DNA of 64,000 bases, taken from Escherichia phage nomo. A model generated the notes under the pieces. It was not told the DNA's origin and did no database searches. It saw nothing but the letters and a program-made list of their open reading frames with translations. The stretch lies in the sequence record MN850578.1. One strand, written 5' to 3'. Shown piece after piece: positions 10,949 through 19,908 of this stretch; within the stretch, counting starts at the first letter, position 1; each line of letters opens with the position of its first letter. Position numbers and translations under genes: made by a program.

Positions 10949-11224
10949 TCACACCTTCTCGTTGATAAATTTACGGGCGGTTTGGTGAGTTGTTTCTGCT
11001 GTCTTCAGAATGATATTAATTTTATCGTCAAGATCATTCATCTCGGCAGTTAATTCAGGAATCTCTCCGGCATGCATGGTGAAATCATACATAGACATGC
11101 CCAAGATCTCATTGATGCGGCGGTTGCATTCTGCAGCACGCTGGTTCATTTTCCAAGCTAACACCAAAGCCTCCTGCGTAGCCTCTAGTGCAAAATCTAA
11201 TACGTCGGCCTCTTCTTTCGTCAT
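10949..11224 (-). CDS. hypothetical protein
   Basis: ORF with RBS, tightly packed with neighbours. Confidence 0.5.
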   Translation of the reverse strand: MTKEEADVLDFALEATQEALVLAWKMNQRAAECNRRINEILGMSMYDFTMHAGEIPELTAEMNDLDDKINIILKTAETTHQTARKFINEKV

Positions 11225-11281
11225 CTTAGTCTCTCCTGTTGTATTGTTGGTAGGTGTATGAATACCTTATAACTCACCTTT

Positions 11282-11848
11282 TTATTCAAACTGCAATAGT
11301 AAGTCCACCACCGCGCTAGGTCTGTCAACAAATTCCCCAGGTCCACATGCCCACAGAGGGTATCCGTCTACATACCGCCAAATCCAACCTGCAGTGTGGA
11401 GTTCGAGCAGGGCAGTACCGTCCTTACTGTCAACCACTCTTTCCCACAGTGTCGGGCAGCGAAGCTTGAGGATCGGATCCCCTCCCTTATACCCATCCAT
11501 GTAGATACCCATTGCAAAGTTCAGCATCATCTTTTTGTGCACTGATCTTTTACTGAGGGTACTCATCACTTCCTCTTTGTGAATGTTTGTAAGCTTCTCC
11601 TTGGCTACCCGCAGATCGTTGCAACCATTGTTCAGCAGATCTTCCAGACACTTGATCCGAAGGTCGTGAATGTCTTTGTCGTGTACCGTTGGCACAGGGT
11701 CGTAGCGGTATAGCACTGTTGATACAAGGTTGCTCGGGTGTGGGTCTGACAGCAACCCATAACCCCAATACTCTTCTGTATCTGAAAGGACAAGACACCC
11801 AATGTCTCTGTCAAGCTTTCCTGTGTTGTAAGCCACATTGACCGCCAT
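11282..11848 (-). CDS. hypothetical protein
   Basis: 188-aa ORF, RBS ggag upstream. Confidence 0.5.
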   Translation of the reverse strand: MAVNVAYNTGKLDRDIGCLVLSDTEEYWGYGLLSDPHPSNLVSTVLYRYDPVPTVHDKDIHDLRIKCLEDLLNNGCNDLRVAKEKLTNIHKEEVMSTLSKRSVHKKMMLNFAMGIYMDGYKGGDPILKLRCPTLWERVVDSKDGTALLELHTAGWIWRYVDGYPLWACGPGEFVDRPSAVVDLLLQFE

Positions 11849-11850
11849 GA

Positions 11851-12096
11851 CTATAGCTCCACTAGCAAAGTGCTTTCAAAGTGACGTTCATGCAGACCGT
11901 TGTAAGGGACCACTTCCACAACGCCATCACGGACATATGGGGCCATCATGGTGGTATAATCTCCAAACGGGTTGGTATTGTCACTAACCACAACCACCTT
12001 CTGCCCTTCCTTGGCAGAGTGCCAAATAGATCTGCACTTCATCAGGTGTTCGAGAGCCCCAGGTAAAATTTTGTTACGTTCTTTACGGGTCTTCAT
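11851..12096 (-). CDS. hypothetical protein
   Basis: RBS aaggag upstream. Confidence 0.5.
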   Translation of the reverse strand: MKTRKERNKILPGALEHLMKCRSIWHSAKEGQKVVVVSDNTNPFGDYTTMMAPYVRDGVVEVVPYNGLHERHFESTLLVEL

Positions 12097-12542
12097 AACA
12101 GGTATAGCTCCTTATGAAAGTGATCTTTTAATTTCTCACTGAGAAACTTCTTGATACCTTCCTCTAAAGTGTTTTCGATGTAGTCCAGCTTAACTGCTTC
12201 GATGGACATATCATAGATCGCCAGCTCTAAGCTGTCAAGTCCCATCATAGCATGAACCATAAGATTTTCATCTTCAGATACATTCAGGGGACTTCCTATA
12301 ACATCTGGAGGCAGAATAGTTTCCCAATTATTCTGGGTGGTAGTTCTCCCTCCCTCTACTTTACGGCGCAGTTCGAATGTGTTCTTAGTGTAGAACACTT
12401 CATAAGAAACGATACGACTGTCGCTCTCGTAATAAACGAAGTTCAGGTAGGAGCCTAGCCGAAGTCGGCAAACTTCTACCCCAAACCATTGTTTCTTATA
12501 AGAATTCAGGCTAATGCTGTCGCATTCACGTTTGCTCAACAC
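12093..12542 (-). CDS. hypothetical protein
   Basis: Track ORF uses TTG; alternative GTG start at 12545 sits 4 nt after aaggagag. Confidence 0.45.
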   Translation of the reverse strand: MLSKRECDSISLNSYKKQWFGVEVCRLRLGSYLNFVYYESDSRIVSYEVFYTKNTFELRRKVEGGRTTTQNNWETILPPDVIGSPLNVSEDENLMVHAMMGLDSLELAIYDMSIEAVKLDYIENTLEEGIKKFLSEKLKDHFHKELYLL

Positions 12543-12558
12543 GGCTCTCTCCTTTTTG

Positions 12559-12795
12559 TTAATCTTCGTAAATCAGGATTTCTGCTTTAGGTTTTCGTGC
12601 TTTCATGTCCAGCTCTATCCAGTGCACCATAGCTGTTTCAAGAAAAACAGCCTGGATGCATCCGTCCTCAGCAGCGTGTCCTAGCAGCATAACAAGATCT
12701 TCTCCTTCGTCATCTGCATCACGAACATACAGAATCTCCCCGGGTTCAAAATCTTTAACAACCTGATTGTTGGATAATTTACGAATTTTCGCCAT
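12559..12795 (-). CDS. hypothetical acidic protein
   Basis: 78-aa ORF with RBS. Confidence 0.5.
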   Translation of the reverse strand: MAKIRKLSNNQVVKDFEPGEILYVRDADDEGEDLVMLLGHAAEDGCIQAVFLETAMVHWIELDMKARKPKAEILIYED

Positions 12796-12796
12796 A

Positions 12797-13060
12797 TCAG
12801 AAACCCTCTAAAAAGCTCTTGTAGAAAACAATCTCAGTATCCACACCAGTCACAATCTTGTCGTTCCTGATTTCATCGGTAAGATAGGTGTCAAAACGCA
12901 GAACCTGTGTGGTGTTGTCACACATCCACTCAGCTGTGACCATTGCGAAAATCTTAGCATCTTCATTATCTGGTGTGAATGTTACCACCTCACCGCACTT
13001 AAACTTTTCGATAGGCTGAGTGTTAGCTTTCGGTTCTGCGATAGTGATTTTTGTGGTCAT
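12797..13060 (-). CDS. hypothetical protein, tandem paralog 1 of 3
   Basis: 87 aa; shares length and pattern (CG.VV, ...TE.D..I.ILGE) with the next two genes. Confidence 0.55.
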   Translation of the reverse strand: MTTKITIAEPKANTQPIEKFKCGEVVTFTPDNEDAKIFAMVTAEWMCDNTTQVLRFDTYLTDEIRNDKIVTGVDTEIVFYKSFLEGF

Positions 13061-13323
13061 TATTCTCCTCCTTCTTTTGAATAGCTTGTCTCTCCAAGGA
13101 TGGTAATTTTGGTGTCAAGCTCTGTAACTTTCATGTTTGGCGGCAGATCGTACAACTCATTATTTTCTAAATCGAACCCCCACACACAATGTTCTCCTGT
13201 TTTGACAATCATAACTATGTTTTGAATGCCGTCTCCGTCGCAACTTACCACGGTCCCACACGGAAAACTGTCTGCACGCTTTTTGTTCTTCACCTTAGAA
13301 TTGAATACAATGCTGGTAGCCAT
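13060..13323 (-). CDS. hypothetical protein, tandem paralog 2 of 3
   Basis: 87 aa; start overlaps the stop of the adjacent paralog. Confidence 0.55.
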   Translation of the reverse strand: MATSIVFNSKVKNKKRADSFPCGTVVSCDGDGIQNIVMIVKTGEHCVWGFDLENNELYDLPPNMKVTELDTKITILGETSYSKEGGE

Positions 13324-13586
13324 TATTGTTCCTCCACCATAACTTCGCCAAGAATTTCTATGCAGGCATCCATTTCTGTAACAACCAAACTGTGAGGCAG
13401 TTCTACAAACACCTTTCTGAACAGGTCAAATACCCCAACATATATGTTTGCAGGATGTGATTTTACAACAAGTGCTGTATTCACATCCCCAAGTTCATCA
13501 ACAAACATCACCACAGTGCCTGGAGCTACTGAGGACAGATACTTCTTAGTTTTACGGTTTGATGCAAATTTTAACTCTGTTGCCAT
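13323..13586 (-). CDS. hypothetical protein, tandem paralog 3 of 3
   Basis: 87 aa; same architecture. Confidence 0.55.
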   Translation of the reverse strand: MATELKFASNRKTKKYLSSVAPGTVVMFVDELGDVNTALVVKSHPANIYVGVFDLFRKVFVELPHSLVVTEMDACIEILGEVMVEEQ

Positions 13587-13601
13587 AAATAACCTCCTCT
13601 C

Positions 13602-15083
13602 TTACTTAGCGTACTCGATTAATTCCACAGTTTTCCCAAAGCTCGGGATATAATTTTTATTATACCCCTCAGTGAGGACCCATAGAGTATCGTACTTTTT
13701 CCACTTGTTGTCAACAACCTTTTGTTCAAAGTTATGCTCAAAGTATAGGTCGGTCAGGACGATGACATCTTTTGCATTAGGTATGTTGGCATCCAGATAC
13801 TCGAACACGCAAGCAGCTGTTGTGCCCCATGTTGAGTGGACCTCATAGTTGACCATCTCGTCTATGTTGCCGCGAGTGTATACTTTAACCTCTCCAACCT
13901 CAGTTGACCAACAGAACATTGTAACCTTAAACTCTTTATACAGATTGCACAATCCGGTGATTTCATTGAACATTTTCTTTAAAGTTCTTTGAGAGATCGA
14001 GCCAGAAACGTCTAAAGCCACCACAATATCTATAGTGTTTTCCGGATTACGACCAGGAACAATAACGTGCTGGTTCTTGTTTATAGCCCCAACTTTTCGC
14101 ATTGTGCTGGTCAAAGACCCAGATCGGCGACCAGGTTTTCTGTAGGTCAGTTCGGCCTTTCTTTTAGACAACATACGTTGCTTAATGATGTCTATATAGT
14201 TGATTACAGGCCTACCTCTGTTCTTGACAAACTCACGCACCGCCTCAGGGCAACGGCCTCCGGACGCTTGCATTGCTGCCTCCAGCATATCACCAGAGTC
14301 CTGCATGGCCTGATCTTTATCAGATTGGCTGATTACAGGTTGTGGCTGATCATACCCCATAGCCTTTCCAAGATTATCACTGGTGCCACCGTTCCCACTC
14401 ATGTGATCATCGGTTTGTCGCTTATCACTTTGAGAGTTCTCACCTTTACCGTTCTTACTTTTACCGTTATTCTGATCTCTTTGCTTATCAAGAACTGCAT
14501 AAACGTTCTCAGCAATCCATCCATGAAACTTCATGTCGCAGTAGCAGCTGGCTAAGAAGCCAAAAGGCTTACCTTTCATGAACGTAGTGCTTTTCCCCTT
14601 CGGGAAGAAAACACAAGGAGGTTTGCTAAAGTCAACCACAAGGCCTGTGTTGATAACGTGATCACAAGCAATATTGAACAGTTCCGGCTCAAAGCTTTTA
14701 CCACGGACTAGGTGATCACAGATAATATGCCCCACCTCATGTGACAGAAGGAAGGCCACCTCTTTCACAGATTTTGGGGAATAGAAAACTTCAGCCATCT
14801 CAAACTGCTCGTCAGTTAGAGAAGCCTTAAGAATAGCCTTGCGTTCATCAGCCAATCCCATAATGAACTCAGGACTGTAATAGATGCGTTTATGGTCGGT
14901 TGCCATGGTGGAGCACCATGTGTGGTTTTCTACGAACTGCAACCCTGACAATAGTGTGCCATAAAACGGCAGCTTTTCAAGGAGATACATACGTGCAGCC
15001 TGCAACATTCTCAGGGAATCATCTTTCTGCGAGGCAATGATTTCTGAACTTCTGCTATCCATTAAAACTCCAGAAGGGGCCAT
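13602..15083 (-). CDS. vWA-domain protein with putative Zn-metallopeptidase motif
   Basis: HExxH (SHEVGHIICDH) in N-terminal half; MIDAS DxSGS (VVALDVSGSIS) in C-terminal half; alternative start at 15062 has better RBS (ctggag). Confidence 0.65.
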   Translation of the reverse strand: MAPSGVLMDSRSSEIIASQKDDSLRMLQAARMYLLEKLPFYGTLLSGLQFVENHTWCSTMATDHKRIYYSPEFIMGLADERKAILKASLTDEQFEMAEVFYSPKSVKEVAFLLSHEVGHIICDHLVRGKSFEPELFNIACDHVINTGLVVDFSKPPCVFFPKGKSTTFMKGKPFGFLASCYCDMKFHGWIAENVYAVLDKQRDQNNGKSKNGKGENSQSDKRQTDDHMSGNGGTSDNLGKAMGYDQPQPVISQSDKDQAMQDSGDMLEAAMQASGGRCPEAVREFVKNRGRPVINYIDIIKQRMLSKRKAELTYRKPGRRSGSLTSTMRKVGAINKNQHVIVPGRNPENTIDIVVALDVSGSISQRTLKKMFNEITGLCNLYKEFKVTMFCWSTEVGEVKVYTRGNIDEMVNYEVHSTWGTTAACVFEYLDANIPNAKDVIVLTDLYFEHNFEQKVVDNKWKKYDTLWVLTEGYNKNYIPSFGKTVELIEYAK

Positions 15084-15095
15084 TGGCCCCTGTCA

Positions 15096-16139
15096 TTATT
15101 TAACGTGTTTGAAAATACCTGCCAACTCGGTCATTGTCATGCGGGTGGTCTTCATAAGATCTGTCATAGCTTTCTCCATAATTGGAGATACTACCATAAA
15201 GTTTCCTTTAGTGAAACCTTTATTCCAGTCGGTCACCAACAGGGGTTTAAGTCCAGCTCCAAGACGTTCACCAGTTAAAGCACAGCATTTGCGAATATAC
15301 GAACTCTTAAATTGGCTGAACGACAGATCAACTTTCATACCTACATCGTAGAACGTTTGACAATAGAAAGTGTAAGCTTTGGCAATCTCAACATCATCAG
15401 GTAGTGCAGGAACCTCTTCTGTAAGCTCCTCTTCGACCTCCTGAGTCTCTTTTTCCTCTTCATGCACCTGTTGCGTCATTTCTTCAATCTCTTCTGTGAT
15501 AGGCTCGTTTACAATGTCGGAAATGTGCTTCTTGGGTGCACGATAAGTAACTTTAGACATCGGTAGCATATCTTCCTCCTCTTCTTCGTCAAAGAGTGCT
15601 AGTTTATCCTCTTCCGTTCCATATTGCAAGATGAAATCTTCAAAAGTATAATCACCTTTCAATTTCTCCATACGCTCTTCGCTCAGGTGGAGCATCATCT
15701 GCTGGACAATTTTTCGATCAGTTTCGTCTTTAATCAAGACTGCAGTCTTTTTATCTACCAGACAGTCCTTTAGAGAGTTGCATCTCAATCCCACCACACA
15801 ACAGTTATCAACCGCATAAGGACCTTCATCATCTATCCGCTCCAGAGATGGGTAGAAAGGATTTCCCAGCCCGTTTTCATCTGTGTGCATGTCAAAAGGT
15901 ATAAGGGTATAGTCGCATACTCCATCTCCTAAAAGTTTTTTACCAAATAGGAGGTATTCTTCCCATGACAGGTCGAACTCTATATCTCGTTTCCGTGCGT
16001 TATTCTGTTTGCGTCTATATTTTTTGAGCAAGCGCTCTAACTCTTCTGGTGTATAATATTTTTCAAGATTCATGAGTCGTCTCTCGTGCTCTGTAAGTGA
16101 AGAAATCGTATCAATTGTCTCAACAGATGTCAACATCAA
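15096..16139 (-). CDS. hypothetical protein with degenerate endonuclease VII/HNH-like motif and acidic linker
   Basis: KRDIEFDLSWEEYLL..GDGVCDYT..ERIDDEGPYAVDNCCVVGLRCNSLK resembles phage endo VII/HNH core but lacks canonical His; internal in-frame start MLPMSKVTYRA has AGGAGG RBS, so may be two genes. Confidence 0.4.
   Translation of the reverse strand: MMLTSVETIDTISSLTEHERRLMNLEKYYTPEELERLLKKYRRKQNNARKRDIEFDLSWEEYLLFGKKLLGDGVCDYTLIPFDMHTDENGLGNPFYPSLERIDDEGPYAVDNCCVVGLRCNSLKDCLVDKKTAVLIKDETDRKIVQQMMLHLSEERMEKLKGDYTFEDFILQYGTEEDKLALFDEEEEEDMLPMSKVTYRAPKKHISDIVNEPITEEIEEMTQQVHEEEKETQEVEEELTEEVPALPDDVEIAKAYTFYCQTFYDVGMKVDLSFSQFKSSYIRKCCALTGERLGAGLKPLLVTDWNKGFTKGNFMVVSPIMEKAMTDLMKTTRMTMTELAGIFKHVK
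15537..15565. repeat. left arm of perfect 29-bp inverted repeat
   Basis: tgcacgataagtaactttagacatcggta is the exact reverse complement of 17399-17427. Confidence 0.9.
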
Positions 16140-16145
16140 AAACGT

Positions 16146-16174
16146 GTTGACTTTACTCTAACTCCACAATATAG
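16146..16174 (+). promoter_or_regulatory. sigma70-like promoter for 16216 gene
   Basis: TTGACT, 17-bp spacer, TATAGT; lies in palindrome tgtcaacatcaaaaacgtgttgac. Confidence 0.55.
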
Positions 16175-16215
16175 TGCACACATTCGAAAGAAAACTAACA
16201 TAGGAGCACTTACTT

Positions 16216-17115
16216 ATGGCAAATCTTAACAGTTTTAGTACGCGGTGGAAACAGGACATAACAACCAATCTTTCAGCTGGGGACATCCTTTCTGCAATTT
16301 ACGAGGCTTTAGATGATAAAGCTACTTCAAAAGCGGTTTGTACCAACCCACTAATTCCTGTAGTGATGAAGGTTATTGAGCGTAGATTGGTATCTGGGTC
16401 TGATAAGTGGACATATTTAGATAATGAAGGACACACCTATTCCAATGGGTACGTCGATATAAAAGTAGAATACGCGGTATCATACCGCCGGAGCGGTTCT
16501 GTAACTTTCAACTTCTCTGGAGGTTTTCGATCTCTGGCTACCTCACCTTTTGTTTCCTCAGAGGAGAAGTATGAGCTACCATTTCTTTGGATGATGGCTA
16601 ACGCGACAGGAAAAACCCCCGTTAGCATCCGAGTAAAATACAACTACAACGGATCTAGTAAGATCTATGCCGAAAGTGTCTCAGCAAGTTTTTATTTTGT
16701 GATGGGGGATGGAATCCTCAAACATATAAAGATGTGCGATATGCATGATGTTATAAATGAAGTGACTGATAAGAATGTTCTAGTGAAAGACCTCAACAAT
16801 TTTTATACACCCGGAGACTATTACGTCAGCCGTCCACTGTGCATCTTTAATGCCGCACACCCTCTAGGTGAGTATTTGATCGCCAATAGCGATATTGCCA
16901 ATAACCGCTTCGAGGTAGCAAGAGTTCAGAATGAGGTATTGACATCTTGCAAGAGCGGTGATAAGTTTACCGAAGAAGAGATGGGTGTTTTAGAAATGAT
17001 GGGATATAAGTGTAGCCTTTGGGTAGATGAGGTGTTTAATGATTGCATCTATGGACAGGATATTTACCCATTAAAGAAGTATACTGATACAAGTTTAATT
17101 TATGCGAGGGTTTGA
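16216..17115 (+). CDS. hypothetical protein
   Basis: RBS taggag; 299 aa. Confidence 0.55.
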   Translation: MANLNSFSTRWKQDITTNLSAGDILSAIYEALDDKATSKAVCTNPLIPVVMKVIERRLVSGSDKWTYLDNEGHTYSNGYVDIKVEYAVSYRRSGSVTFNFSGGFRSLATSPFVSSEEKYELPFLWMMANATGKTPVSIRVKYNYNGSSKIYAESVSASFYFVMGDGILKHIKMCDMHDVINEVTDKNVLVKDLNNFYTPGDYYVSRPLCIFNAAHPLGEYLIANSDIANNRFEVARVQNEVLTSCKSGDKFTEEEMGVLEMMGYKCSLWVDEVFNDCIYGQDIYPLKKYTDTSLIYARV

Positions 17116-17390
17116 CTATGATGAAGGCGTGTGGTAATGTATACTACGTCGGTGAACATGTTCAGGCAGACAGTGTGTGGAAATCTATTAAGTCCACCAC
17201 TGACGATGCCTTTCTGAGTGGACTATGTTTCCCCAATCCGGGAGACATCCTCCCTCATCCTGGAGATTTTGTTGTCAACAAGATGGACGGTTATACCGTG
17301 TGCCTGATGGTTGAAAAAATATTTTTAGACACTAGACACAATCACCGTCTTGTGTTAAAATTTCAAGAATGTAAAATGACAATTGCCTAA
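17112..17390 (+). CDS. hypothetical protein
   Basis: ATGA overlap with upstream stop; RBS gaggg. Confidence 0.5.
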   Translation: MTMMKACGNVYYVGEHVQADSVWKSIKSTTDDAFLSGLCFPNPGDILPHPGDFVVNKMDGYTVCLMVEKIFLDTRHNHRLVLKFQECKMTIA

Positions 17391-17398
17391 GGAGACCT

Positions 17399-17427
17399 TA
17401 CCGATGTCTAAAGTTACTTATCGTGCA
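17399..17427. repeat. right arm of perfect 29-bp inverted repeat
   Basis: taccgATGTCTAAAGTTACTTATCGTGCA; contains the start codon and first 8 codons of the 17404 gene. Confidence 0.9.
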
Positions 17428-17760
17428 GCTATTTACTGCAATGAACACCCAATCAATAATGATGGTCACTGCCTTTTTAAAGAAAATCAATTGGGCTGTA
17501 TTGTCCTCCCTGATGAAGGGGAAGGTTATCTTATTGCATTGACAGGGTTTGAACCTGAGGCTCTGGAAGCCAATCTGGACTACCTGGTAGAAGAGGGTGC
17601 TGCAGACCTGGTTGCCAATGGCCTCTCCATAAGCCTTGACGAAGTAGAGCGCTTCATGGGCAATTACCGTGTAGTGCGTGAGTTTACTATCGAGGTGGAA
17701 ACTCCCGAGTGGAGTAGCCATGAAACTAATGCCGAAGAAAAAGAAGAGGAGGTAGAATAA
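17404..17760 (+). CDS. hypothetical acidic protein (N-terminus MSKVTYRA)
   Basis: ATG 17404 nine nt after AAGGAG; track TTG start at 17383 less likely. Confidence 0.5.
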   Translation: MSKVTYRAAIYCNEHPINNDGHCLFKENQLGCIVLPDEGEGYLIALTGFEPEALEANLDYLVEEGAADLVANGLSISLDEVERFMGNYRVVREFTIEVETPEWSSHETNAEEKEEEVE

Positions 17761-18017
17761 TGAAAGTGCAGATCTTGACTAATGCCGAGAAGATGTTTAT
17801 TGAAGATACACCTTTTGAAGCTGGTGAGCTACAGTTCGTTTATTTTGTTGACTTAGATAAGGTGTTTCCTGCACTGAATCTAGGTTTGGATGAAGTTCCT
17901 CATAAGGTTTTGTGCCAAGTTGTTCGTGCCTTAGCGGCAGAGGGGGAGTTCCACACCCTTCAAGATGTCCAGACCTACGGGTATCTTGAACTACAACGAG
18001 AAGAAGAGGTGGACTGA
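17760..18017 (+). CDS. hypothetical protein
   Basis: RBS ggagg; ATGA-coupled. Confidence 0.5.
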   Translation: MKVQILTNAEKMFIEDTPFEAGELQFVYFVDLDKVFPALNLGLDEVPHKVLCQVVRALAAEGEFHTLQDVQTYGYLELQREEEVD

Positions 18018-18019
18018 TA

Positions 18020-18400
18020 ATGGCTCAGTGGAAGACAACAGTTGACCTTCATGATCAGTGGTTAGGACGCATCACTGAAGACGGGAAGCTAGTGGAGTGG
18101 GACAATAAGCATGTTAGCGAGTTGGCAAGTATTGTGGCTGGCAAGTTACGCTCCAAGTTCCCTGAACAACTGGATCCTGATAGTTCAAAGTTCGATCCTG
18201 AGTTGGAGGATGTTGTATACTACTTCGATACCGTGGATGACTACGATGCGTGGTTTGCAGCACGGGAGCTTTACCCACAAGGCTCTGCTATGCGCCAGAT
18301 GGAAGAAGATTATCCTCCGTGTGAGCAATTCAATAGTGCAATGACTTGCCTCTATGATTGGGCAGATAAGAACCTTGTCTGGATTCGGACTGCATTTTAG
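18020..18400 (+). CDS. hypothetical protein
   Basis: RBS gaggtgg. Confidence 0.5.
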   Translation: MAQWKTTVDLHDQWLGRITEDGKLVEWDNKHVSELASIVAGKLRSKFPEQLDPDSSKFDPELEDVVYYFDTVDDYDAWFAARELYPQGSAMRQMEEDYPPCEQFNSAMTCLYDWADKNLVWIRTAF

Positions 18401-18444
18401 TGGGCAGGAATGGCGGCAAGGATGCCGCTTAAGGAGTAGTAGAG

Positions 18445-18714
18445 ATGTTATACCAGCAATATGAACTTCGTGCAGAAAAAGAGTTAAATTTTGACAAAGA
18501 TATTCACAGATATTATTATGGGAAAGTTAGAGGGCAAGCAAGAAAGTGTACTCCAACACTCTTTTATGCCAGCAGACGACTAGCGCCAGAAGAGGCAACA
18601 GCAGAAAGGGTTGCGTACAACTGGAGAGTCACGTATGATATTGACAGATTCGATGTGATATCTGTTTTGGAAAACTTTGAAAACACTTACACACAAGTAG
18701 AGGACTTTTACTAA
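18445..18714 (+). CDS. hypothetical protein
   Basis: RBS aggag. Confidence 0.5.
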   Translation: MLYQQYELRAEKELNFDKDIHRYYYGKVRGQARKCTPTLFYASRRLAPEEATAERVAYNWRVTYDIDRFDVISVLENFENTYTQVEDFY

Positions 18715-19898
18715 TGTCAAGAAACGTATTCGAAAGTGGTCAAATCACTGTCCGTGAGTTGCCAGCTATTATTCAGTTTGCCCAACGTCATAGCCGATCT
18801 GTCCTAATTTTGGGACCAATGGGTGTGGGTAAAAGCCAGGTGATGAAGCAGATCGCTGATAATATGTTCGGTGAGCGAGATGACAACCTTGTTGACGTGC
18901 GACTGTCAGATAAAGATCCTGCCGACTTATCTGGGCTACCTATCCCTGTAGAAGCGGATGGAACTACACGTACAGTGTTTGCAATTCCAGAATTTTGGCC
19001 TGCGGATCCTGACTGGAGCGGAATTATCTTTCTGGATGAGCTCACTCATGCAGATAACTACCTGCAAAAGGTTGCAATGCAAATTATGCTTGACCACAAG
19101 TGCGGCACCTATGCATTCCCTAAGGGTTCTGTTTTTGTGGCTGCGGGTAACCGTTCTACAGATGGTGCGGTTCTTTCGGCGCTCGAAGCCCCTCTGGCTA
19201 ACCGTTTTATCATTGTAGAGGTTACAAGCAATGCAGAGGTGTTTATTGAGGACTACGCATTCCTCAACGGGGTTCACTCCTCTGTAATTGGGTATCTGAA
19301 AAGAGTTCCATCAGCTATTGATAATTATGAGGCTATGGCTGAGATTAATTGTCCATCTTTTGCCACACCACGATCTTGGGTTGCTGCATCTGACATCTTG
19401 CACGATTTTGACAGCGGTATTATTTCTGACGCTATGGCCCGTGTTCTTCTGCAAGGTGCTATTGGTCACACTGCAGCGGTAGAGATCTGGACATACCACA
19501 CCAAGAAACGCAATTTACCGGAAATCGGTCGGATTATGGCAGGTGGCTGCAAAGAATACGTAGGTCCTAAGCAGCCAGATATTTTGTGGATTCTTGGATC
19601 TGAAGGTTGTATCGCTATTCGTAATATGATGGAAAATGCAAGTATCTCAGACGAAGATCTTGTCAGCTGTGTGGCAAACTTCCTCGATTTCCTTTGGGAA
19701 AACTTCAAGGACGAGAACCGAGATTTTGTATTCTCAGTCTTTATGGCGATGATGAAACCTAATGCCTTAGGAAATGCCTTGCTTATCGGTAAAGGGCGTG
19801 ACAAGATTGTTGCTCAGCTGATCAAAGCATACCCAAACCTGATGAAGATTGTAAAAGAGTTTGGTGAAGAGTTTAGCGCCATTTTGGCTAAAGCTTAA
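18714..19898 (+). CDS. MoxR-like AAA+ ATPase
   Basis: Walker A LILGPMGVGKSQ, Walker B IIFLDELTHAD, sensor region AAGNRS, MoxR-like ALEAPLANRF. Confidence 0.7.
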   Translation: MSRNVFESGQITVRELPAIIQFAQRHSRSVLILGPMGVGKSQVMKQIADNMFGERDDNLVDVRLSDKDPADLSGLPIPVEADGTTRTVFAIPEFWPADPDWSGIIFLDELTHADNYLQKVAMQIMLDHKCGTYAFPKGSVFVAAGNRSTDGAVLSALEAPLANRFIIVEVTSNAEVFIEDYAFLNGVHSSVIGYLKRVPSAIDNYEAMAEINCPSFATPRSWVAASDILHDFDSGIISDAMARVLLQGAIGHTAAVEIWTYHTKKRNLPEIGRIMAGGCKEYVGPKQPDILWILGSEGCIAIRNMMENASISDEDLVSCVANFLDFLWENFKDENRDFVFSVFMAMMKPNALGNALLIGKGRDKIVAQLIKAYPNLMKIVKEFGEEFSAILAKA

Positions 19899-19908
19899 GG
19901 GGGGTTGT

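Noticed and set aside
15075-15089. Palindrome ggggccattggcccc as a terminator
   Set aside because: Lies within or immediately at the start of the vWA gene and lacks a clear U-tract; more likely incidental or a coupling element.
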